From assembly GCF_009914755.1 (NCBI RefSeq), contig NC_060926.1: 64,000 nt of DNA, one strand, 5' to 3'. This document shows positions 25,500 through 37,299 of this stretch, one piece after another (the first letter of the stretch is position 1; the number at the start of each line of letters is the position of its first letter). A model generated the notes under the pieces. The model saw only the letters and a program-made list of their open reading frames with translations, was not told where the DNA came from and made no database searches. A program made the position numbers and the translations under genes. The DNA comes from the human T2T-CHM13v2.0 reference genome, Homo sapiens.

Positions 25500-25920
25500 C
25501 CAAGTACTAAGAGTTTCTTACAGGGGCGGGCTTATGGTGCCGTGGGGCCAGGACTCCAGCTCCACTTCTCTGCAATGACTCTCAGCTGCACCCTCTGAGT
25601 TTTGGGTTGCAGTACAATGACACGGAAGTCCCAGGAGCCAAATCCAGACAGGATGAAGGCCCAGGGGAAGAACAAAAACGTCTTTTTCTCATTCTCTGAA
25701 GCAAGAAAAACATTCCCAGAATTCCCCCAGAGCATTGGCCAGAATTGCATTACATGACAGATACTAAACCAATCACTGACAAAGGGAGGGAGATAACTCT
25801 GATTGGCTTGAATCGATCAAAGTTTCCTCTTAGAACTGGGGATAAGGAGTAGCTTGGGAGCAGGTGACTTTCTGAAAGTGATCTGGGTTCTGTTAGAAGG
25901 AAGAATGAACAGAAAGACAT
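25500..25920 (-). mobile_element. MLT1K/L-like old MaLR LTR
   Basis: cattcccagaattcccccag, cattggccagaattgcattacatg, ctaaaccaatcactgacaaaggga, gattggctt. Confidence 0.6.
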
Positions 25921-26129
25921 TGTGCTGCAGGTGAACAGCTGAGCACATTATGCACAGAGATATTTCATTTTTTAGATAATTAGAATAGGGAGAGGACATT
26001 CTACACAGGGCAAAAGTGAAGCTGCCTCTTTTGAGGAGAAATGGTTAATTTAGCTGAAGCATGAAAGCAAGAGGGGGAATCACTGCAGAAGAAGATATTC
26101 TGGACAACAATACAATTATGATATCAGAG

Positions 26130-26275
26130 AACTCTTAATTTCTCAAAAACACTTCACTGACTCTCACATCAACTAGAACAGCAAGTATCAACAGAGAAAT
26201 CTGAAGTCCAGAGCAGGTGAGTAAATCTTCCAAGGTCACACAGCCTGTAAACAACAAGGTCTGGTGACTCTTGCC
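26130..26275 (-). mobile_element. MIR fragment
   Basis: acagagaaatctgaagtccagagcaggtgagtaaatcttccaaggtcacacagc. Confidence 0.65.
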
Positions 26276-26316
26276 TGGGATCCTTTTGCAGTTCCTTGGC
26301 AATTAGTTGAGGCAGG

Positions 26317-26777
26317 TATATTAGTTATCTATTGCTGCGTAACAAATTATCCCAAATTTGGGAGCAGATCAGCTGAGTGGTCCTGACTCTGCTGAGATTG
26401 CACTGAAGCTGTCAACTGGGACAAACCATCTAAGGCTTGTGTGGGGCTGCAGGATCTGCATCTAAGCTCGGTTGCATGGACTTTGGCAGAAGGCCTCAGT
26501 TCTTCCCCATGTGAACCTCTCCACAGGGACCTCTCCACAGGGCTTCTTGCATTTCCTTATGGCTTGGTAGTGGCTTCCACTAGAGCCAGCAATAAGAGAG
26601 AAAGAGCAGGACAGAAGCTTCAATGACCTGTATTACCTAAATTTGGATGCCACTACATTCTGTTGGTTAGAAGTGAGTCAGTAATTTCAGCTCATACTCA
26701 GAGGAAAGGTAATTAATCTCTACCTTTTGATGGGAGGAGTATCAAAGAACTTATGGGCATATTTTAAAACCATCACA
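26317..26777 (-). mobile_element. MLT1F/G-type solo LTR
   Basis: tattagttatctattgctgcgtaacaaatta...gggaggagtatcaaagaacttatgggcatattttaaaaccatcaca; TSD gcagg/gcagc. Confidence 0.85.
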
Positions 26778-27479
26778 GCAGCAAAAATGCAACATGCATC
26801 CTGACATCTGGGATGAGTTCACCATAGAGAAGTCATTCAATCTGAAGGCATTAAAATACAAAAATGGTACTCCACAACGATAATAGACCAGATGACTCAA
26901 TAGGAACCGTGGTGATGGTGGCGACTGGGATTTGACTGAGGCTCACCAACAAAAACCTCAATTATATTGGTTCCAAAGCTATGCATAAATTCGGAGAGAG
27001 AGCGTCTAATATGAATGGTGGTAGGGAGTAGGTGAAATTCCCTGCTCATCATTCTGCCCTAGTAATATGCATTAAATGCTCACTATTATAATCAAAATGA
27101 CACACCATCCTTCTTTCTGCTGACTGTGGGGCCTCAGGATACCTAGGTCTCTGTCTCAAGGTTGGGCAGTTTTTCCCATGATCAGAAAATACAAGATCTT
27201 TTACTAGTACCCTCTTAGCAGTTTCCAAAATGCTGGAGAGAGCTCAGCATTCTTGGACCAGAAAGGCAAGCACAGAGTGGTACCTCCCCCTACCCCTTCT
27301 ACAGCCCCAGTGAGGACTTTCAATCCAGTGGCCTCATCCCAGGGAACCTTGGGAGAGCTGGCAAATACTCTAAACAGATAAAAGATAATTGAACAAGGAG
27401 TGAGTAGTAAACGGTGACAAAGTGCTATTTCCATAATAAGCTTATCTGAGTAAACTTTCTCAGAGCCCCTGAGTTCCAG

Positions 27480-27770
27480 AGCAGGGTGTGGATTTGGCAA
27501 TAGTAAAGAAACAGGCCACGCCAGGAATGTCTGGGGAGCTAATGAATGCCCCTGAAGTGGTTGACGTTCCTATCTCTGCTTTGGATCCCTGCCACCTTGA
27601 CTCGAATGTCAGACGGTGTTTAATTGGCAAACAGGGCTTCAAAGGGTTGCTGGGCCCTGCTCCCAGGGCCCTGGGGCTGTTAATGTTTAATTGTCATGTG
27701 CAAGGGCCCACTAGCTCTTGGTAGATTTGGGTGTTTTATTGCACTTTGAAAAAGCAACGTTATGAGTCTC
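27480..27770. promoter_or_regulatory. Repeat-free block, candidate enhancer
   Basis: TEAD GGAATGT at 27524; TGTTTAATTG twice; TCF CTTCAAAG at 27637 and CTTTGAA at 27744; HOX13/CDX-like TTTTATTG at 27734. Confidence 0.35.
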
Positions 27771-29891
27771 CTTCTTGCTCCATGGACATTTTTACAGACA
27801 TGCCTTGGAGTCACATGTTGCCTCACCTAAACTCTGAGTAGCAAAGTCACCATGTTATTCAGCAGGGTTAGAGAGAAACACCTTCAAGCTGAAAATACTC
27901 CAGATTTACTGCCTGTGTCCTAAAATCAACAAATATTGATTTCTTTGGAGCATCTGGATCAGCAACAGAGGAAAAAAAAAGAAACTGAGTTGGGGGTGTA
28001 GGTTTAGGGAAGAGAAAAAAGACACAGAAGTGAAATTGCTAAATGGCAGATCATACAATTTCTTCATTGAACGCTGGTGGCATCCACTCTCCTTGACACT
28101 GGCTCTGTTACTCATGGCTCTGCTGGAAATGCAAATCTTTAAAAAAATCCCTCTCCCTAAAAGGGCCTATTTGCTTTATATTGTTCATGTAATTTAAAAA
28201 GTCTAGAGATTGTCTTAATAAGACTTTATAGCCTTCCTCTAATTACATAGGGAAGAATAAGAAATAATAGAAGACAAATACTTTTTTTTTTCTAAACTAC
28301 ATGGAAATTGTGAATAAAGGAGTAGCTTCCAACTTCCTGACATTTGAAAAGCACTGTTTTGAATTGAATATGAATGATTCCTTTGAATTTTCAATTCAAT
28401 TCCATTTAATTGAACACATCTTCATTGAGTGCTTACTAAGTGTTCATATCAAACAATTTCTTTGGTTTTGAATTAGTGGCTTTTACAGAAATTGTTTCTT
28501 TTGTTGAATTCTGGAAATGTATCGGTTTGTTGTTTTAATCATCCTTTTGCTGATTGTGAATATCTCTCTAAGGAAGGAATGTAAGGAGAAATATCTAATT
28601 ACACCACTTATATCAGAATGGCAAAGTGTATATTTATCTTGTTTGTTAATTATATATGTCACAGCTAAAGACCAAACATCAACTAATGTCGACATTAGCC
28701 AGAAGGGCCTGGCACACATCAAGAGCTGGGTGGATCACAAATAAAATACAATATAGCAAGTGGAAAGCACATAGACCTTTTTATGTGTTTATGTTGAATC
28801 AAATTTTTTTGTTCTTTTTTGCACATTCTACGTTCCAAACAGCCAGATTTTCATATGGTTGATCTCTAAGAAGTAGGTTTTACAGTAGAATTGCCACTAT
28901 GAACAGGTTTCAGGGTCTCCCAGCATGTGTTAGATTTTCAAGGCAATGTAGCAGACACTTAGAATCTTCCAAAGGATGTAATCTCTTTTCTTTAGCTCTC
29001 TTGTTTGCCTCAGTTCCCATTCCTTCCGTCCCTACCGCTGATTTAGCGATTCCTCTCCTTTGACAAGCGGTAAGCAGACAACCCCTTCCAATCAAAGCCG
29101 GTGCTATGAAGTTCAATCACATCCAGGGTTCTCAGCCCCAGAGCTTCAGCCGCCTATGAATGTAGATGGGGGAATAGTCTATTGTGCACAAAGCACGTGC
29201 CCTCCAAATCCATATGCACAGTTAATTAGTTGAGAGCCCTAAAATGTTATGTGATTCCTTTCTTAATAGAAATGAGAAGTTGTAAAGATGAGAGGCCTTT
29301 ATTCACACTTTATCAGCTATTTTAAATTAAGGGGTATATTATCCTCTGGATAGATTTACAGGAACACCCATTATGCACCTAACTCCTATTATCATTAATG
29401 GCGGTAAATGCATGCACACACAAGCTCAGCACTCCGGGCTTTACACAAGAGGCCACTCTTTTCCTCCTGTTATTAACAATTCCTGCTTCACATTTCTTAA
29501 ATATCTGCAAAATGAAACAAAACATTGTTCACAACTTAAAGACTATCTGGGTATATGTTTTTCAAAGGAAATTAGATTGGTACATTACATAGGTTTGCAA
29601 ATTTACATTATGATAGCAAGTGATTATGACCGCTGCCGCTCACCCTCTTTGAATCTCCCTAGAGGTGAACACACAGGGCCAGGGGTGCAGAAGTGGGTGG
29701 CAAGGGGTCGAGATTTCCCATGACAGCGTGGCATAAGGATCTGCTGGCAAGGAGTTGGAACTTTAGCCTGTCGACTGTTTTCTTTCAGTGTTGGCAAAGC
29801 CAGCACTGAAATGTATGGAAGAGATAGAAAAGTGAGAGAATAGACTGCTAAGCAGAACTTCCAACTATGGGGAAGAGGCTATTAAAATATC

Positions 29892-30285
29892 AATTCATTA
29901 ACTCATTCATTTCTTATTTATCCATCCATTCCTTTGCTCACAAATATGTATTAAATACCTAGTGTGTGTGTGCCTAGCAGGGTGCTGGGCTATGAGGACC
30001 TAACAGTGAAGAAAGATTAGAGCTTTGTACCAAGGAAACTCACAGTTTAGTGAAACTATAAAATTAAACAACGAATTGCACAGTTAGCTGTGTGATCCAG
30101 GAGACATGCAAGTAGCCATGAAGAACTTGGCTGAGTGGAGGGGACAGGCAGGAGAGACGCCTCAGGAATAAATGCAGAGCCTAACTCTGAAATGAATGCA
30201 GAAATCATCATGGTGATAGGAGATGGTTTAGGAAGAGCTTGCTGGGTGGGAGGAACAGCATGAGCAAAAACCTGAGGAAAGCAAG
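29892..30285 (-). mobile_element. L2 3' region
   Basis: (CATT)n-like tail, caaatatgtattaaatacct, aaggaaactcacagtttagtg, gaggaacagcatgagcaaa. Confidence 0.8.
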
Positions 30286-30599
30286 TTCCAAATTCTGGAC
30301 CGGCCAGTCAGTAATAACAATGATTGGTCCTTCCTTCTGAAATACTGTACAGAAGGGTGCATTTACTTTTCCCCCTGCTAAAACAGGCATGTAATAAGGG
30401 TCACCATTTACTACCATGCATCAGTGTGCCATGAAGCTGAAGCTAGACCCCAGCCAAATGAATTCTTAGGGTTTGAGTTGTAACATCAGCACAATCTCTA
30501 CTAAATGCCCCGCTCCCCACTCCCACTGGACAAATCACCTCTGTGCTCCCTCTGCACAAGGGTCAAATTTGGAGGGATGGGCTGTGGAAATCCTCTATA

Positions 30600-30822
30600 C
30601 CTGTGTTTGTCAAATGATCTCTAAGGAAGGATCAGGTTCTTAAAAATTCTGTTGTAAATGGATACTTTTATAAAATGTAATCAAAATGAATTACTAGAAA
30701 AATGATTATGCACTTTGACGTCATGACCATATCAATTTCTGGAAAACTCTTCTGAATGCTTACTCTCAATATATGTACTTATCTCATTGCAGATTGATAG
30801 CACATGGCTTGCAGACCACACC
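30600..30822 (-). mobile_element. hAT-Charlie MITE (MER113-like)
   Basis: Reverse complement gtgtggtctgc...gagataagtaca...attgagagtaagc...catttttctagtaattcatttt; family name from memory. Confidence 0.6.
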
Positions 30823-31659
30823 TCCCCTTCAAGACTAAGACTATCCCTATGTTCCACACCTTGCCTCACTGACTTCCAGCCAGACTGTCAGCTAGGACTA
30901 TATCTACAACTCTCGAAATTATTTACATTTCCTGCCTGGGTCACCTCTTGGGCAAGAGGTTTTCCTGTATTACACCCCCACAGCAAGAAATATTATTTTA
31001 TTAATTAGAAACTCTAAGAGGCACTCACCTCAAGTCCTGGTATTTCTAGGGCTGGGAAAGTGATCCCAGGTGTTTCATGCCTGTTTCATGCTTTCTTTTC
31101 TAAAAACTTCAACATTCATGTAAGGACTAAGATTCAAAAGCCAGCAGCATAGCAGATTGGAAAATCTGGGCTAATGACTCTCAGCATTTGCTCGGGGCTG
31201 GAGACCCAGACAGTCAGAACAGGAGACCTTTAGACTCATTGTTCTATGGATGTGCCTGGGGGTCTAAGAAGGACATCTCCAACCCTGCTGGTGGGTTGGG
31301 AGAAAGACAAGCAAAGGCAAGTGATTGACTACAAAGCAGAGTGCAGTGAGATCCCTGCATGGGCTCTGGTCCCTGCTGGAGCTCTCTTTTGGCAGGCAGC
31401 CTGTGGGAATCTGTAGTATGACCAGTCAGGAACTTGGCCCTGGGAAGTTGGAGGTATGGATATAACACAAGTCCCTGAGAACTTTGAGGAAGGAACCCCA
31501 AGAGATATCAACTTCCCTGTTGCTTGCTTTTCTTCCTCTGCATGACTTTATGGACTTGAAGGAGGACCTCAATGCTTAGTTTGCACCTCACTTATCTTAC
31601 TTGGAGCTATTGTACTGGGTTATCTTGCCTACCAACATGACTCAATTATTTCACTGAAA

Positions 31660-32850
31660 CCAGTAACTTCCAAATTATATCTCTAATGTACATTCTTTTC
31701 TGAGCTCCAGATTACATATCAAATTAACTCCTAACTCTACCTGATAGACTGACCAACGCTTCCCCTCAAAGATGTCCATGTCTTAGTCCTCAAAACCTGT
31801 GAATAAGTTATCTTTACATAGCAAAAGACACCTTGCCAATGTGATTAAGTTAAGGATCTTGAGACAAGGCGATGGTCCTGGATTATCCAGGTGAGCCCAA
31901 GGGCATCACAAGGAACCACAGAAGAGGGAGGCAAAAGGGTCAGAGTCAGAGGAGATGTGATGACAGAAGCAGAGGTCGGAGTGGTGAAGGGTCATGAGCC
32001 AAGGAATGTGGGCAGACCCTAGAAGATAGAGAAGAAAAGGGACAAATGCCCCTGTGGAATACAACTCAATTCCAGAAGGAATTCAACTCTGCCAGCCCCT
32101 TGGTTTTAGCCTAAGACTATGTCACACTTCTGATCTTCAAAACTGTACAATAATCAATATGAGTGGTTTTAAGCCACTTAGTTTGTGGTAATTTTTTACA
32201 TCAGTAGTAGGAAACCAGTACACCCCTGGGTATCCCAAACTCACCATCTGCCCTCCAAAATGTGATGCTTCCTCTGAACCGTTCATTTCAAGACATAGTA
32301 CACGACTCTGCTAGTTCCCAAACTAGAAACATGGAGGTCATCCCAACACCTCCCACTCGCTTACCCACAACGTCCAGTGGCTTTGTTTTAAGACAAAGTG
32401 TTTAAAGACAAAGTTCAAAATCCTTAAAGGGATCCACAGGGCCCTGAAAAGTGTCCCAGGATCTCACTGACCTCCCTGGCATCCATCTTTGGCTGGATGG
32501 GTCTTTTGAGAATGTCTAGAGATAGCTCACACGTTCATACTTGCTCCTAAGCCAGCCTGGAAGGCACCCATCCCTCCTCCACCACCCACATCACTGGCAA
32601 CTTTTTGAGGAATCAACTCTCATGGCTTTTCCTCCAAGAAGCCTTGTCTGTATCCACTGCTGAAGTTAGGTGCCCACTTCCCTAAATTCTCACCCTTCAG
32701 TCTTGTAAGAGTCACCACAAGTATTATGTTCAATTTATCTCCTTCCAGTTATTCTGCCATCTCATGAAGGCAGGAACCACAACTGTCTGGCTCTTGACTA
32801 TAGGCCGTGTTGCTGCACAAAAGCAGACACTCAGTACTATTTACTGAAAA
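31660..32850 (+). mobile_element. L2 fragments interrupted by MLT1D
   Basis: cttccaaattatatctct...ctgagctccaga; after the LTR, caaactagaaacatggaggtcatcc; terminal gacactcagtactatttactgaa. Confidence 0.65.
31740..32222 (+). mobile_element. MLT1D solo LTR
   Basis: caaagatgtccatgtc, gtgattaagttaaggatcttgaga, ctggattatccaggtgagcccaa, gagccaaggaatg, ttttaagccacttagtttgtggtaatt...gaaaccagtaca. Confidence 0.9.
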
Positions 32851-33089
32851 CAAAAACAAAATAAAAAGAATAGGTGAGCAAGATTCCGGGAGGAGCTCAG
32901 GGATAGGATCTGGGATGTAGCCACAGTGGGGAGACTCAGCAAGTCTCGGACTCTCTGCTCACCTGGAAAGATGCTGATGGAGGGTTTTGCTTGGCCCTTG
33001 TCCAGAATGAATCCATGGATCTGCCCTGACAGATCAGGGGCTGCAGGCTCCCCAGTGGTTGTTCAGGATCTGGGTGGTAGATCATAATC

Positions 33090-33400
33090 AGAACTGATGT
33101 TTCTTGAGCTCTTACGTAACAGGCGCTACACCAAGTGCTTTAGTGGATTAACTCATTTAATCCTCACCTGAACTCCATGTTGCTATGGAGTTTCCAACAT
33201 GGATTCAAAGTGAGGATTAAATGAATTGATTCTTTGTCATTAATGTTATTAATAACTTAATAACAATTGCATTTAACAGATGAAACAACTGAGGTAGAGA
33301 AAGGTTAAGTGTTTTGCCTAAGATCAGACATCTTATAAGTGACAGAGCTGGGATCTGAACCCACACACACTGACCCTAAAGTCCTTGTCTTAAACAATGT
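33090..33400 (-). mobile_element. MIR with an internal inverted duplication
   Basis: ttaactcatttaatcctcac and tttaacagatgaaacaactgaggtagagaaaggttaagt...gagctgggatctgaaccc; extra inverted copy at 33195-33230. Confidence 0.85.
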
Positions 33401-33474
33401 GTTGTGCTTCCTACAGCATGAAGGCAGGGACTCGCTGAGGTTACGTGAACCGGTCTCCAACCATTGATATTGGC

Positions 33475-33900
33475 CCATTTACTTATTTCACAGGTATTTG
33501 CTGCTAATCTACTGGGTGGTAGACACTGTGCTAGGTGTTAGGAATCCGCAGATGAATGTCAGTTGCCTTCAAAAAGTGTGGACTTGAGTGAGAAGGCAAA
33601 AAAGAATGAGTATGATGTGATGTGGCAAGAGGGGACATGGAAACCCAGGACAGGACTTAGACCTGCTTCCTGGGTTTTGAAAGGGTTGTAAACTGCCTAG
33701 GTGAAGGAGAGGAGAGGAAGGGCCACCAGGTAGACGAAAAAGTGTGTGCGAGGGCACAGGCATGGGAGAGCAAGACCTGTCGGGGTAAATTGCTCGTAAT
33801 TCTTCCAGCTCAGTGTGGCGGAAAGGAGGGTGTGGAGTGGTGCTATAGGGGTGTGGGGAAGATGAGGCAGACTGGGGTCAGCCTACGAAGACTGGGAACA
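33475..33900 (-). mobile_element. L2 3' region
   Basis: agacactgtgctaggtgttaggaatccgcagatgaat...gggttttgaaagggttg...gggcacaggcatgggagagc. Confidence 0.7.
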
Positions 33901-34249
33901 CCATGCCGAGGACCCCAGTGTCACGTCATTCCTACCAGCCCAGGAAAGCAGGGACTGCCTTTCTTCTCCTGCCTGTGTCACCACTCAGTTCCCAGCCTGA
34001 AGAGATGCATGCAAGCTATTCAGCAATGACAACAGTTGGTGTGAATTGACCAACTGGATCAGATGCTGGCCCAGGTAAACAGCTGGAGCCTCCTGGCAGC
34101 ATATCAGTTCATCCTTAGCTCCAGCACATGGTGACATTCTCTCCAAAGCTGTGAGGACAGTGGAGGAAAGTGTATTTTGTCATTTCTTAGGACAAGAGCA
34201 TGGGAACAACCATCTCCTGGAATGGCCCTTCCACAGGAAGAGAGGAGGA

Positions 34250-34446
34250 CACATGGCACAGAGGAAGGATGGGGCACCTGGATTCAAAATCTGCTTACAC
34301 CATCCACGGAGCCTGGGATGTTGAAGAATTAGTTTTTTCTCTTGGAACTTGCTTTCCTTACTTGTAAAATAAAGTTAATCCTACAAACACTACAAGGCCA
34401 TTGTGAGGGTCAAATGAGACCAGGCATGGTAAAGTATCTTGTAAAC
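34250..34446 (+). mobile_element. MIR (MIRb/c-like)
   Basis: cctggattcaaaatctgct...tttccttacttgtaaaat...ttgtgagggtcaaatgaga. Confidence 0.7.
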
Positions 34447-35129
34447 AGCAAATTACGAAAAACAAATACAAACAAAACAGAAAACGTAAAACAACAACAA
34501 AGGTCTTGGTTCTAAAGGACATGAAACTTTCATTTGACCCAATTTAGAGATCATTCATTCCTTCAACAAATAATAATTGAAGCCCTGCGATGTGCCATAC
34601 CTTCACACATTCTAAGAATTATTCCTATTTACACACTTTCAAGAAACCTATCATTTCCGGTTGGGAAGGACACCCACAGCATCCCCTCTACCCCGGCCCC
34701 CATTGGAACCCATGGGGATGCCTCTGCTGCTTTCTCATTTTCTTTCCTTGGCCTTGTCCCACCTGAATCACTACTGAATTCCTCCTCTAACAGCTTCTTT
34801 CTGGGTGCCCTTGACTGGCAGAAGCAGCCATGGCCTCTGCTTTAAGATGAGCTCAGCTTGTGTAAAGAGTGCAGATTAACTAATATAGGCTTCTCTGTTA
34901 GAGGGAGCCAAGTATATTTGTGCACTTGCCCAGCCAAGGAAGTCATTGTCCCTTTCTTAGAGGCCTTCCAGAGTGTCAGTGTCTTAATCTAAATGGGCAG
35001 CTCTCTGGTGAAGGCCCAGGTGCCAGGGGAAGCCAATCGAGGAGCCATTTACAAGTGGAGAGGGTGATAAAGGAGGTTTGAGTACTTCCATCATTACCAC
35101 TGTCTGAAAGAAGCCTGCATTTACTATCA

Positions 35130-35680
35130 GAAGATCTCTGTCTATCTCTTCAGTTTCAGCAATCTCATTTGTAAAATTAGAATAATAATAATCTCCTTCT
35201 TTCAGGACTATTATAAGGAACAGATTAAAATAATGTACAGGAATCAACTCTGTGTATGATAAACTCCAGCGTGTTGGTCAACTCAGGCTGCCATAACAAA
35301 ATACCACTGGTTGGGTGGCTTGACCAACAGAAATTTATTTTCTCACAGTTCTGGAGGTTGGCAATCCAAGATCAGGGAACTAGCATGGTTGATTATTTTC
35401 TGGTGAGGCCTCTCTCCTTGGCTTGCAGACAGCTGCCTTCTCACTCTGTCCTCAGGTGACCTTTTCTATGTGTGTGCACACCCCTGGTGTCTCTTTCTCT
35501 TTTTACACCCCTCACTGCCCCTTATAATCTCATTTAACCTTAATTACCTCCTCAAAGGCCCTGTCTCCAAATCCCTAGTCACTGTGGGGGCTAGGGATTC
35601 AACTTATGAATTTGGGGGGACATCACTCAATGCATAACATCTGGTATTCATGCAAACCATATTATCATAAATACTCAGTG
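35130..35680 (+). mobile_element. MIR split by an MLT1B-type LTR
   Basis: ctcatttgtaaaattagaataataata...caggactattataagga before the LTR; tail remnant after 35644. Confidence 0.55.
35270..35639 (-). mobile_element. MLT1B/MLT1A-type solo LTR
   Basis: caggctgccataacaaaatacca, aacagaaatttattttctcacagttctggagg, catttaaccttaattacctcctcaaaggccctgtctccaaat; TSD tccag/tctgg. Confidence 0.9.
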
Positions 35681-36749
35681 CTCACCTCAGAAACAAACAT
35701 GAATTGGTCATAAAGGTTTTTCAAAGCAAAATGTTTGGAAAACAAATCATGAGTTTGTAGGGACATTTCTAAAGCCAAACTGAAATGTTTCCTTTGACTT
35801 TCTCTTATTTCACCCACATCCCAGCTACACTTATTGGCCCTCAGGAGACAATATCCAGACTGGATTTCTTGGTGAGAAATGCCCCTTGGAGATCTCCTGC
35901 AGTCACTAGATGCAGAATCGTTTCTCCAGGGAGTGAGCTGGCCCTGCTCTCAGCTCTGAGCCTTCCCAGCTTCTGAGGCAAGACCCCAGATTCAGGCCCC
36001 GGACTCCCAGAGCTTTCTGTCATCAACTTCTCACTTGAAGTTCTGCCTTTAGTGCCAGGAACACAGCAAATGATACATTCAGCTCAGCATAGCTGGCTGC
36101 CCGGGAACAAACCTTTCTGTTTACCTGAAAGCTTGCCTGGTGTTGAAGGTTGCAAATAAAAAGTCACTCTTTTGAAGATAAATACCATTTTGAGTCATTT
36201 CTTTCAGGAGGTATTTCAGCCGGGTGTTCCCATTGCCATGGAGTACAGAAGGAGACTCAGCTGACAGACCTGTGAGGATGTAAGGAAACTTGCCAGGGAT
36301 GTGAATCTAAGATCATTATTCTTGATCAGCCTGGGAATGAATAGAAAATGAGTCAGAGGCTCCCATGAAGCACATGGCAACAGGAATGGAACCAAAATGC
36401 CTATCTTCAAGGTAGCTCTTGATTGAGCTAAGCTTTTTGCTCTTTCAAAGCTTGTTTTGGTCCAAAACTATTTCTGATGGAAAGTAGCATTTATACACCA
36501 GAAAAAGAGCAATTGACATTTCTTTTTACATTCCATTGGGGCTGCTTAGCCCAGGTCACAGGGCAGAGGGGACTTGGGAGCTGAAGAAGAGAGGTCAAGA
36601 GCCCCAACCTGCAACTGGGGCTTGGGGGGCGCTGAGGCTGAATGGGGTGTCCTCTGGTAGGGGCCAGGGGGCACACGCAGTTAAATTTGTAACCCTTAAT
36701 TATTTAGAGTTGTTGTTATCATTTTTCCTTTCTGTTTCTCTAGGTAGAG

Positions 36750-36860
36750 TCATTCATTTATGCAAAAGCAGTAAAAAGAATAGCCAATACCAGGCACTGG
36801 GAATGCAGAGATCAATAAGGGACTTTAAAAAAGTCTAAATCGAGAGGAGGACATAACAGC
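36750..36860 (-). mobile_element. L2 3' end fragment
   Basis: cattcattt...ccaggcactgggaatgcagagatcaataag. Confidence 0.55.
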
Positions 36861-36869
36861 TGGGTGGGT

Positions 36870-37200
36870 GTCAGATTTTGTTTATTCAGCTGGTTAAATA
36901 TGTCACTGAAGACCCATCTCTCTGCTCTACCAAACACAGCCTCAGTTCCAACCTGAAGCCCTTGCTGAGTTAAAATGATTGCCAGTAGTAAATGGGACTG
37001 TTCACTTTCTTGTCTATGCCTCTCTTCAAACCATACAACCTTCTGTATGGGGCTAATGTAGATGCACAACCCTGGCCCAATAACTGTTGTCAGTGAAAAG
37101 GCATCAGGTGATGGATTTAAGGATGGGATCCTGCACACTCCCATCTCTAGAAGGGGTCGGAGGTATCAGGATTGTCTTAGACCAAGCAGAGTTCTCAGAT
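36870..37200 (-). mobile_element. Old MaLR LTR (MLT1L/M-like)
   Basis: atgtcactgaagaccca, aaaatgattgccagtag, ccctggcccaataactg. Confidence 0.4.
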
Positions 37201-37299
37201 GAGCAGCATGAAAACACATTGCTGGTCTACAGTGGGAGGACAGAATGATGTTCTGGAGGCAATAGTAGCCAAGACCAGATTATAACTAACTCTTCCTGT

